Source of the DNA: Lama glama
Lineage: Eukaryota
Length of the DNA: 64,000 nucleotides
Assembly: GCA_028534125.1 (NCBI GenBank)
Contig: CM052850.1
Location: forward strand, 25,544,001-25,608,000
Direction: 5' to 3'
A program made the translations under genes and the position numbers. Shown in pieces: positions 1 through 11,560 of this stretch. The notes beneath the pieces were generated by a model that did no database searches, was not told the DNA's origin, and saw only the letters and a list, made by a program, of their open reading frames with translations. How positions within the stretch are numbered: position 1 is the stretch's first letter; every line of letters begins with the position of its first letter.

Positions 1-124
1 CTTGGCCAGTGTTGTGGGCGGCTCTCGTGTGCCCAGCAGGGCGCTTGCTGTGGTGATGATTCCATGCACAGGGTGAGGGTTCTTACACTAGAGTGCAGCC
101 CCAGAGCAGCCCCAGCCAATGTGC

Positions 125-290
125 AGACAGCTGGCTGTGGCTGTGTTCCAATAAGACTTTATTTGTGAACACTGAAATTTGAGTTTCGTGTAATTTCAAA
201 TCAGGACAAATTGTTCCTCTTTCGATCTGGTTCCCAGGCTGTGCGGGTAGGGGGCCGGATTTGGCCCATGACCCTTGGCCTAGAAGGCAT
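125..290. mobile_element. MER58-like hAT-Charlie DNA transposon remnant
   Basis: ggctgtgttccaataagactttatttgtgaacactgaaatttga and gggccggatttggccc match the MER58 hallmarks as I recall them; boundaries approximate. Confidence 0.7.
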
Positions 291-1583
291 TTGTGGAGTA
301 AGTGAATAAAATGAGGTAACACATGGGCAGCAGGGTGGAGCTGAACTGGGTAGAGTCAAAATGTGATGCCGTGGGTGATCCTTCTGGAAGGATCAGTCTG
401 GAACTTACCCGCAGCGTGGATGAAAGGAGATTGGCCTCCCGCCTCCCCATGTGTGGGGGACAGATGGGTGAACTCCACCCGAGAGTGTGTCACAGAGAGA
501 TGACGCCTGCTGTCAGGGGCTGGGGGCAGGGCTGTGGATGACACACAGCCCCGGAGCAGGGGGAGGGAGGAAGGAGGAGTAGGGGGGAAGCTGGTTGGAA
601 TCAGCAGGCAGGCGGGACCCCCTTGGTCTGGTGAGGGCTGGATGCTGGGGTAGCAGCGGAGAGCTAAGAGGAGAGTTGCAGGGTCTTTCTCAGAGGGGCT
701 GGGGCTTGGTGGGAGCTCCTTGAGCGATCTGGGGAAGAAAGGCAGCAGGGACTCGAGCAGAGGCTTCTGGAGTGGGAATGGGCTTCACTGTCAGGTGGCC
801 ATAGTGTGGGAAATACTGGACCAGAGAAAGCATGGGTGAGGGGTTCAGGCAGCAGATGGAGACTTGGGGGCATGGGTGTCACTCCCTCTAATGGGAGTGC
901 GTGCCGGCCCTGCGCCCCTGGGAAGTGTGCTTCCGTGGACGCTGCCTACCCGGGCGCTGCGTGGAGGAGCCCAGCTCTGGTGGGGCCAGGGGTGAAGGCA
1001 GAGCTTTCAAAGGAGAGCACGGCCCTGGGTAGGGGAGGAAGGCCCGAGGGGCTGCGCGAGAGGCATCGTGGAAGGGAAGGCTGGCTCCTGTCTGGCCCCG
1101 GGGAAGTGGCCAGTGTGATGAGTTTGGAAACCGGAGTTTTGTGGCGCTCTGAAGGGTGTGGGAGGAGATGGTGTTCCGGGGGGCATGGGGAGGCTTCCAG
1201 ATGTGCTGCAGGGGTTTGGCTTGTGGAGGGGCGGCGGCTGGTGGGCAGCGTGTACTCTGTGTGACAAACAGGAGGTATGTGGAGACCACTTGTGCTGTTT
1301 TGGAGCTGGCAGTTTGCCTCGAGCACGGACCGCTCTGCAGTTGCTTGAGTTGCTAGCTAGCTGCTTTTTCATGGACCACCGTAAAGGAGTGACTGACGAA
1401 GTACCAGTATTTCTTCCTCAGTGGACAGAGTTAGCCGGTCGCTTCACGGAAGTCAGCTGACACTACTGCCAGTGGTTGAGTGTGAACTTCCGAATGAAAC
1501 TGGAAGTTCAGGAAGCGGGTATCTGCCCCCGGGCCTGGCAGCTTCCTGACGCCTCAGGCTTTCTCTGACGAGACCGGTGCTGG

Positions 1584-2075
1584 TGTTGCGAGTCCAGGTG
1601 GTTCTGCTCTGCGCGACGGGCTGGTGCGCTGGGAGACGAGCTTTCGGGGCAGGACGAGTGACTGTCCGGAGAGCCAGCCGACCAGGAGATGGGGGCTGGA
1701 GTCCCGGAGTGCCGCCTTCCCCAAGTCAGAGCTCAGGTCCCCTTTACCTAAAAGGAGGGGCGTCGCCGGCTGCTGCAGGCCTGCTGGTGTTGGAGTCCTC
1801 TGTCCTCGCACCGGCCCACGTAGGTCAGGTCAGGACATTCCTGGAGACCTCTGGCAAGAGGAAGGTTTTCTCTGTTCTGCAGCTTTTTATCTCTGTGTGG
1901 ATGGGAAGGTGTTCTCCCCTTAAAGGTCTGCGCCCTGAGATCGGGCTCTCCTGTGCATTTCAGGCCCCAGGCACCACTCCTTTACAAAAGGTGCAGAGCC
2001 AGCAAGACCGAGCCCAGGAAACAGAGCCCAGGGTTAGAGCCAAAGGGGCAGACCTGACATGGGGTATGTAGTAGA
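1584..2075 (-). mobile_element. Solo ERV1-class LTR of a type I recall from cetartiodactyl genomes
   Basis: Starts tgttgcgagtccaggtggttctgctc; internal blocks ctgcagctttttatctctgtgtggatggga, ctgtgcatttcaggcc and acaaaaggtgcagagccagca resemble a recalled LTR consensus; boundaries approximate. Confidence 0.6.
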
Positions 2076-5000
2076 GGCGCTGCGCTAGATAACCTGACAG
2101 GCCTTGGAAAGGTCTGCACACCTCGCTGAGCCAGCGTTCCCCAGGTGACCACGTCAGACCTGCACAGAAGGTCCGTTCAAAGTGCGACACAGACCGAAGG
2201 ACTGTAGAGTGAAAGCGCGCGGGAGGCTCACCGATGGGGTTCTAGGTGCCACGGTGCGGCCCACCCTGGGGAGAGGGGAGCTCCTGCTGAGCTGTGGCGC
2301 CCTGTTGCAGTGTGCCGGGCTGGGCGTGGCGGCGGCAGACGGGAGAGCCCTGCTGCTGCCCGTGAGACTGACGGGAAGGCGCTTGTCGGGCGCAGAGCCG
2401 TGCCGCCCTCCTCGCCGTTGTTTTGGAACCTGTAGTTATTTTTCGTAAAGAAAAAGCTTTGTATGTTAGTATGTAATGTAGTGCCTGTCGTGGTTTTTAA
2501 GTGAATAAAGAAGTATTCGCACACTTTCTGCCCTGATTTCAGAGACGTTGACTGCTGGCAGATGCCCGGGCACGAGCCCGAGCTCGTGCACTTGCACGTG
2601 GTGAGGGGGGCTGGACGGCAGCTCCGTGCCGCTGCCTCTCCCTGCTGCACGGGCATGTGCATTTGAGGAGGGGGGAGTATTTTGGAAGACGTGAGTAAAG
2701 GTGGCCAATTTAATCCAACATGTTACCCGCAGGGGGAGGGGCCTGCCATCTGAGGCTGGGTTGGCCCTCTTCTAATTTCAGACGTAAGCATTTTTAGGGA
2801 GGAAGCAGTGTGGCCGGAACTTCCCTAGGAACCAGTGCTTCTTGCTGTTTCCTGGTTTACCCGGTGCCTGCCTGGCCGTTTATGGCCACGTCCCCCCCCC
2901 CCGCCCCACGCTGACTGGGAGGCCCTGTGAGCTGAGTCGTTTCCACGTGTCTCAGTTTAAGAAAGATTGATTTCTTTGCTCACATCATACTGGCTTTTAA
3001 TTATTTTATCACTGCATTTCTACCGAAAAGGATCTGAGCAAATGGAACGACCTTAGTTTCCTTGGAGGTGCTGTCTTTCTGGAGGTGCAGGTTTTCACCT
3101 GGCACCACTTGGCCACCTCCCGGCGGGGGTGGAGACCGCTCTGAGTTCTACGGCCTGTGGACTTGGCCTTCCTGCTCAGGCGGCCCTCGACCCTCCGACT
3201 GGTCGGTGCCAGGGGCAGGGGCGCGTCGGGGTCGGGGTCTGGGGGGCGGGGACTGCGGCCCTTCAGACCAGTCACTGTGTGCAGATGTGACGGTGGGGAG
3301 ATCGTTCCAGCAGGGCTGAGTCGGGTCACTGCCCGGGAATCCACCCGCGGCTCTGTGCTGCCTCCCGCCTCCCGCCTCCTGGGGAATTGCCTTGGCCAAG
3401 CCAGGCTCAGCATGGGCGCTTTGTTCAAGGGCTGGTGGAGGAAACAGCTCCGTGAAGTGTGCTTGCCCCAAGAAGACGGACGGAAGGAAACCCCACGTTG
3501 TGCTGTCCCTAATGAGATGACCCATGTGGCGGCGCCCAGTGCAGCTCGGGGCTTTGCTTGGTGATTCTTTCTTGCTGCCTTTCTTCACGTTACGAGTGTT
3601 GGTGGCCTGTACCATTTGCATTTCTCACCCTTACTGCTGACGCTCAGCTGTGTGCTCCTTACAGTGGCTTTTCTCTTTTACAGGTTTAATGGGTTTGTGG
3701 TTTTATTTTATGGGTGTCCAAAATATTTAAAAAGCAGCAAAGTGAAAAGTAAAGTGCAGTTCTGTGTTTCCACTGACGAACACCTACTTGCGTCCGCTGC
3801 TGACGACCCACCAGCAGCTCGTGTTTTCAGCCTTAAGCCCAGTGCATCGCTTGCATGCAGTTCACAGCCAGTAACGAGGCAGGTTTGTGCCTTCATCACG
3901 GTGCAGTCCTTGTGAAATCAGTAGACACAGAGCGCTCCGCAGGCCCCAGTGCTCACAGCCTGCCCTGCGTCGGGGGTGCCTCCCGCGGGCTCGCCCACGT
4001 GCACGTGCGTCGTGTGCCAGGCCCCGCGCCGGGCAGGGAGCAAGGTGGGGACAGCTCTGCCCAGTGGAGCTTGTCTGCTGGCAGGGAGCCTGACGCTGAG
4101 CGGGAGCTGTGAGTTAGACGCGCCGGCTTTGCGGTAAAGCAGGAGAGGGCAGCAGGGGGCAGGTGCTGGTGTGGGTGGGAGTGGGTGTAGTTCAGGGGCT
4201 CTGGAGATGGTGGGGCAGAGGCAGTGGGGGGGTGGGGGCAGGCGGACATCAGAGGGTAGAGGCTGAGCTGGTGCGGAGAGCACCTGGCAGGCACTGGGGA
4301 GCTGGGCGAGTGCCTCAAGTGGGCAGGAAACCCCTCCTGGGCCTCGAGCCGACAGGGACACCAGAGTGGGCTTTAACGCTGTCCCCGCAGCCTTTAAACT
4401 AGGCATCGGCGATCAGTCTGGGGCAAAGGCAGAGCATGGAGACCCAGGTGGGGCCAGCGCATGGATCCAGAGTGAGTGTAGCAAGAGCTGCTGCCCGTAG
4501 GCTGGACGGGAGAGAGGAGCCCCAGCCGGAAGGTTCTGGCCCAAGTACCTGAGCACCTGAGGTGGGGTGTCCGGGGGTGCAGGCCGGCTGTGGAGCTGGA
4601 CGCTTCCATTTGGGCATGGTCACATTGAGACAAGACACCCAGGGCAGGGGGCCCGGAGCCCATTTGTCCCACGGATCTGGAGTTCCCGGGAGGGATCGGA
4701 GGTAAAGGCAGTCAGCAGGCAGATGGTCTTTAAGAGCGAATGAGAAGGGGTCCAGCGCAAGGCCAGGGCAGTCCCTGTTGGGGGGATGGCGTGAACCTCC
4801 AGAGGTGGGTGACGCCAGGGCAGTGGAGTTAGGCCCTGGAGGTGCGGGGGCAGGGCAGTGTGCAGAGGTGGCCTCATCCCGGTGGAGACACCTGGCCCAC
4901 CTGGCCGGGGGCAGTCTTATGGCGGGAAGTGGGGTGTGATTGGGCTGGGTGCTGGAGGGAATGTGAGGAGGGGGGACAGCACCAGGGGAGGGAGGGAGGA

Positions 5001-6959
5001 GCTGCGGGACGTCCCCGGGGTGCCCTGGGGCCTGGTGTTGGGGGCCTGAGGGGAGCTGCTGGGGTGGAGGCCGCTGACCACAAGAGGAGGTAGGGCTGGA
5101 GTGTTGGGGGAGGAGGGGCTGAGCCAGTGGTCCAGGGGACCAGCGGCCACAGGGCAGGGAGGGGCGTTGAAGAAGGCTGCCTCGTTTTTGTCGAGACTTG
5201 ACGTAGCTGGCCTCCTCCGTGTCCCTGCTGCTGGTTCAGAAAGTTTCACAGGTGACAGGTAATTAACGTGCTTACAGAAAACTCAGCAATCCAGCGGATA
5301 ACGGACGGAGGTTGGCTTGTGTTGTCGGTCCTCCTTCCTGCGGGGTCCCCTTGGTTCAGGATGCACCATGGCAGACGGTCCTCTGCGCGTTTACACACAG
5401 ACACGTGGCCGCATGCATACACAGTTCTCCCTTTGTATTCCTTCCTATTAGTCTTACGTTCGGGGACATTTCCCTTTTGGTTCGTGTCATCAAGCCAGTC
5501 TGGTTCACGTGTGTGATGGTGGTGTTTCTGTCTGGCGGTGCTGTCACCAACTTCCCATCCCCAGAGACCGAGCACGCCCTTGCTGGTTTGGGTTGGGGGA
5601 CTCCTGTTCCCCGTGCACCCTGGAAGGCGCGCTCCTCACGAGCCACTGGAGACGTTATTGAACATGAATCATTACAGTCCAGCTGCTTTATGATGCTAAG
5701 ACTGGACCGTCTCCAGGACTTCTGAGAAATGGCAAATTTAATTTGCCAAAATGGCAACCACATGCATCGGTCTGTTCCAGTTTCTTGGGCCTGTTGCCCT
5801 AGCTTCTTCTATTCAAACCTTCACTGTTAGCAGAATTTTAAATGACTCTATCCTGGCAGTAGAATCACGCTGAGTGAACAGCTCGGGTATGTGTGGTGTC
5901 CTCATGTGGAAGAGGGTAGGGTTCAGGACTTCATGGTGAGCTCGGAGTGTTTTCTTAAGCCACTCGCAGAGCTTCTAGAAACCAGGAAATAGCTTGACTG
6001 GGCACTTGAAAACTTTCCACTGGCTTGTTGTGAGAGACGTGTGTGTGACCTGGGACCTGGGACCTGCGGACCCAGGGCCATCATGGACGGGCCTCAGGGC
6101 GTGTCCCATGGGCCTGGCAGCACCCCGCAGATAACAGGACCCGTTGTGTGTAAAGCAGGCCGATGGTGTTTTCCTTTGGCGTAGGAAGTCGGAGGCGGGC
6201 AGTCTGGGGATGTGCGGAGCCCCGTAGCCAGCCGTGAGGGCCCCGGGCTGCTTCCTTGTCCTAGCCCCTCTGTCCATCCTCTTCCCTGGAGGCCGGCACA
6301 GGAGGGCCGGGAAGAGCAAGTGCCCGGAGCTGCCCGCGTCGCGTCTGTGCTCACGCCCCATTGGCTAGTGAACTGGTCACAGGGTGGCAGCTGCAGGAGA
6401 GGCAGGCTGGTGGCCACGTGCCCTGGGCCTCAGGGCAGCAGGTACTGAGGTGGCCAGCCAGCAGTCTCTGGTGATTATGAAGCCTGAAGCTTGGCAGAAT
6501 TTTGTCTGTCTGTGCTTTTTTTCCTGGGAAAATAACTGTAATTTTAAAAAGAATTAGGTTCTGAAGGCAGTGTGTGACCCTACGACGCTTTAAATCCATC
6601 AGTTCGAAGACAGGTTGGGCATGGTGTCATCTGACTGAGGACCACCGCCTTCGCTATGCAGTTCAGTGTTTCCCTTAATAGTCTTTGCTTTGGTTTTTAG
6701 TTTGGAAAAAAGATCACGTTTTTGGCATGAGTGGCTTTGATTTTCATACTGACCATGGTTAATCTGCTTAGAGGTCATGCTCAGAGGATGCACGCTGAGT
6801 GTGGCCCCTTCTAGGCCGGGCGGGCCCTCCTCCCTCTGTGTTCACATGGGTCCCGCCAGCCCCCGAGTCCTGGCGCCGTTGCAGAAGCTGACCTGGCCCC
6901 AGGGCTCGGAGCGGAGTCCTGTACCTGAGGGAGTTTGGGATTGAGAATTTCCCCTCAGT

Positions 6960-7700
6960 TTATGCCTAAATATTTAGTTGTCTGACTGTTTTTAAATAGT
7001 GTGGTTTTTTTTTGAAGAGGTGATACACACATGTGATAAAAAATACAAATACAGTTTCCCTTCATCCTTATGTCCCAGGGATAGTCTGTACACATGTAGC
7101 ATATTTCTTTAAAAAAAAAAGTGCTCTGAACATGTCCTGCCCCATTTATGTCCACGTGGTGCTGCGTCTCAGGAACTGTCCTGCGGGGAGCTCGGCCCGC
7201 GCTCTTGGGCCGTTGTTGGTCTCCTGTCCTGCTGCACCAGACTTGGTTCTTTAAACATTTAGGTTGCATCCATTCTTTGCTGCTGACAGCAGTGCCAGTG
7301 GTTTTTAGATCTTTGCACAAACAGGTGACTCTGTGCCGGGAGGGCTCCTCGGAGGGCAGCAGCGGGTCCATGCCTGTTGCCTGTTGCTCTTCAGTGTTAA
7401 GCTCCTGCCAGAAGTGCAGGGAGCTGCCCCGTCCTCACTCTCTTCCCGCCTGTCACACCAAGCGTCTTGCTGAAATTTGCGTTTAAAGAATTCCGTGAGA
7501 GGTTGAGTCTCCTCATGTTTAAAAGCTTTCAAAGCTTTGTGACTTCTTCCCCCTATGAATTCACGCTCATTTCCTGTGCTCGTTTTTTAGTTAGGTTTAT
7601 TAGTCTTTTTTCTGTTCCTGTGAGAGAAGGAAATGAGCTCTTTGGTGAATGTGTAGCAAGTATTTTCCAGTTGGTTTGAATTTTGCCTTAAGAACTCTTT
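6960..7700 (-). mobile_element. Degraded ancient L1 (L1M-type) 3' fragments
   Basis: T-rich strand asymmetry and motifs such as gcaagtattttccag and ctcctcatgtttaa; subfamily not assignable by eye. Confidence 0.45.
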
Positions 7701-8289
7701 TTACTTAGTGTAACACAAACAGAGAGAATTGTAGTTTTGCTTGTTTGTGGTGGTGGTTGCCGAAGTCCCCCTTGATGCATGGTCACCCCCTTCTGATGCC
7801 CCCCCAACACCCGCATGTAATTTATGTGTTGAGTAAATGGGTTCCCTTGACTGTAGACTTTCCGCTAGTCTGGATTTTGATTTTTCTATGTGCATTTCAG
7901 GACGTCCCCCGACCCCTGTATTTCTTGAAAGTCAACAGTATTAGAATTCTGGGGACTTGATGGTCTGTGGTGTTTCTGTTTGCCGGTGTGTGTTGGGGTG
8001 GCACGCTGGCCTTGGGCAGTGTTAGATGGGGCAGCACGTTTGGTTCTGTTCTGGTTGGAGTGTTGAATGGCAGGACAAATGCTCGATTTTCTTTTAATAC
8101 CCCTTTTAAAAAATTAAAGACGGTTCCCTGGCACCCTCTAAGGGTGATTTTTTTTGGAAAGCGTCGTGAACTCATGAGCTTGAAAATACTTGTTTCAGTC
8201 CATTGGCCTCGTTACCCTTGCTGGCGGGCACTGTGCTCATCTTTGGCCGGGAGGGCCGTCTTGGAGCTGGCCCCTGAGCCCTTGTGAGA

Positions 8290-9800
8290 CAAGCCTGATG
8301 TCTTTGGTCGCTTCCTCCCACCTGGCGTGACAAGGTGTTCCAGGTTTCTCCTGCGTAGTCCTTGCCTCCGACCTGGAATCAGCCGTTTCTCCAGGAGGCC
8401 CTGATGGTGTTGCTGAGAGCCGGGCCCCAGCTCCACGGCCTGGGCAGTAAGGGTGCGGGGCTGCTGGGTTCGCACACCGTTCCTCCCTCCAACTCAGACA
8501 CACAGTTGAAATCCACGCCCAACGACCTCTCCTGCCTGCGCTCGGGTCTGCCTGTCCTTGTCCCACTTCTCAAGGACACCAGGAATGCATTCCAACACCA
8601 CCACTCAGTGTGGTTACTGCAAACTGGTAACGTTTGTTTTGTGTGTGTTCACCCAGTTCTTCTCCCCATTTTTAAGCAGGTAAATTGTGTCTCCGTGATC
8701 AGATCATGTAGCCATTGCAAACTGGACCTTCTCATTTGGTCTCAGTCCTGCACGTGAATGCAGACTGCTCACCACTAACCAGTTAGTGTGTTGTCTCCTC
8801 CAGTGGTTCTGCTTTTCTGAGTCTTGTTTTCCAGTGGTTTCTTCAGGAAGCGTTTGTGGGAACACTGTTCTCTGAGGGCTGTGTGTTGGTACAAGTTGCT
8901 GCCTCTGTCCTTGAAGCTCACTTCGTCTGGGCACTAAGGCTCACGCTTCTTTCCTTGAGTGTCTTGTGTGTGCTGACCCCTCTTCTGCTGTAGTTTGACG
9001 ATCTGCCCCCCCGCCCCCATTTTAAGTCACCGGGTACTTTTGTCTAGATGTCTCAAATTGTTTTTCTTTCTTCTTTAAACAGTGTTTTTTATTAGACTGT
9101 GTCTTAGTATTGGTTGTTCTGCTGCCCACCCCCCGCCAGATTTGTGGTGTCTTTTTCGTGGCAGCTTCAAGGGTTTCTACACCCCCTCCCCGCCTTGGCT
9201 TCGGAAGCGTTTTCTTGGATGTGACGTCACCCCCGCGTCTCACCGTGTGACTTGGTTTCCTTTCGTCAGGCCCTGCTGAACAGATGTCGGGCCCTCTGCC
9301 TGTCAGTGTGCTCCTTTCTTGAAATCTTTTCTTTCATTTCTTTTTCATTCTTAATTGTTTCCTCCTTTCTTCCCTTTGTTTTTCTTCAGGCTTAAGTGTG
9401 TTTATTTGCTCTTGGATTCCTGCCAGTTTAGCCTTCATTTCCAGAATTGCTTCTCCTTTGTTTCCAGTCTTTTCTGAGTTCTGTCCCCTCACTTCTGAGT
9501 GTCTTCAGTGCTGGCTCATGGTTAGTGGTGTGCTGTGTCATTTCTTTCCTGCGTTTTAGTGTGTTCTGAGCTACTAGGGCAGCAGTTTCGTCTCTTGGAG
9601 GGACATGTCTCCCTAGCGTGCTTTCCCCGACTGTAGTCATGCTGCTTTGCTTCTGTTTGCTTTTAAAATATATTATCTCTGCATGAGGTTTGACCTCAAT
9701 ATTTTCTATCAGTGCATTTTCTCTGGAATTCATTTTCCAGAACATTTGGAAGGGAAGCTTGATTTGGAATAGCTCTAATTTCCATGTTCTTGAGCTCTAT
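8290..9800 (-). mobile_element. Degraded L1MC/MD-like fragments
   Basis: ctggaatcagccgtttctccagg..ccctg is a recalled L1MC/MD motif, followed by long T/C-rich antisense L1-like sequence. Confidence 0.5.
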
Positions 9801-11490
9801 TTTCTGTTGTTTGGGGGAAGTTATAAAGAACGCGGCCGCTGTTTTCTGCACTCTCCCGGCTGTTTGCCTTCCCTGCCACACTGTCTTCTAGGCTGGTCCC
9901 TTTTCAGTGTGTGTGGCCCCGGAGGGTGCCCAGGCCTGTGGCCCCTGCAGGCGGCCCCACGTCTGTCTGCCCTTGGGTTGCTACAGCCTCATCCTCCTGT
10001 TGACCTGCGGCTTTTCCGCCTCACTTCCTCCCGGAGCCCCTCATGGCTGGCAGTGTGCTGCCTGCGTGCTGGCGTGTCAGGTTCTTGCGGAGTCCTGACC
10101 GCGCCACCTGTTACCCGTCACCCGGTTGTGCCGCCCTGGTTGTCCCGTGTGTTCCTGCAGGGACATTTGGGAGGGTCACAGCCCTGCCACCACCATCCCT
10201 CCCTACTGGGACTTTTTAAAGGGTTGGGCGGCAGGACCTCCGAGATCCCAGGTCCCGCACTGTCTGCCATCAGCGGCTGCTCTGGCAGGGGCAGGCGTGC
10301 TTTCTGCTTCCCTTGGGCTCGCGTGAGGTGTGCAGGTGAGAGTGACACGCCTCGGCCGTTTGGCGGGTGGCACCCGTGACCGTGTCTGTGAGCGAGTGCC
10401 GCATGTGCACGAAGGGTTAAGACGGTAGCTTGGCTCCCCTTCCTGCAGATGGTCGTCCCCCAGAAACTCCTCCCAGAAGCTTGGGAGCTGCTCCGTTTGA
10501 GCTGTAGAATTTACATCTGGACGAGGGGCTTAAAGGATTTAAGAACATGTGTGGAACCCGCGGATTTAACTTTACGTCTGGTGGAATTTATCCGTTCAAA
10601 GGAGCTGTCAGTAGACTCCTGTTTGAAACTAGATGATCTGAAAATCCTAATTCAGCTGCCCCTGCCCAGGGGGCGTGCCTTGAGACCGTAGGCTTGGTGC
10701 CTGGCGAGCACCCCAGGGAACCTGTAGTCGTAGGGGCGGGAGGAGACAGATAAGTCGCGTCACAAATACTTAGCTGTCGATAATTAAAATACAGTGTGTA
10801 GGGTGCTAAAAGTATCACGGGGCAGCGATTCCTGGTTCCTCCAGGCCCCCTGCTTTCAGGTGCTGGGTTTAGACTCCTGGTTGATAGATCATATTTGGGG
10901 TGCCGTGGCCTCGTTTCTGTTTCGGAAAAGACGGTCCCTTTTGGCCTAATCAGAGCATTTCAGGGGTGGGAAGAAGGTGACGGACTCTGGTACAGACGTG
11001 GGCCGTCTCCGGGCAGCAGGGCTGGGGCCGAGGGGAGGGCCAGGGTGCGGAGCTGAGCCGAGCTGGGGCCTGCGAGAGGTCGTCTGGGTGACACTCGGGA
11101 GGTGTGTTTGCAGCGGCGTCCGGGGGGTGGTGTGTGGGCAGGAGCTGAGGGCCCGTAGGGGTGGGGCGGGTTCCGTGGGCAGAAAGGGGACCACTGGGGA
11201 CGGTTGGCTTGGGGGTGATGCGTTCAAGCTGCCTTAGGAGGGTGACGTTGGAGGGGTGCGGGGATGGGTTGGGAAGGTGGGGCTAGTCCGGGGGGGAGAC
11301 TGAGGCCGTCGGTCAGTTTTCACAGGATACTGACCTCTGGGTGGTCTGGGGCAAGGAGAGCCCTCCTGGGTGTGGTGGCGAGCCGCTGATGTCCCCGACT
11401 CTGTCTCTGCTTTTGCTTTTAAGTGACAGGGGCCCGGTCCCGCGTGAGTTTGATTCCTGCGCCTCGCCCGGCCTCGCGCCGCCGTTCTGG

Positions 11491-11560
11491 ATGATGTCAG
11501 AACAGGACCTGGCGGATGTGGTGCAGATCGCCGTGGAGGAGCTGAGCCCCGATCACCCAG
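11491..11560 (+). CDS. BANP: BANP coding exon 1 (MMSEQDLADVVQIAVEELSPDHP), exon including 5' UTR starts about 11424
   Basis: ATGATG at 11491; donor CAG|GTAGGC at 11560/11561; upstream pyrimidine tract ttttgcttttaag ending 11423; 70 nt, phase 1. Confidence 0.96.

Noticed and set aside
9221-9230. Perfect CRE palindrome GTGACGTCAC (also TGACGTCA at 33915 and inverted half-sites at 24013-24028)
   Set aside because: One or two 8-mer hits are near chance expectation in 64 kb of CpG-rich DNA, and the first lies in L1-like sequence.
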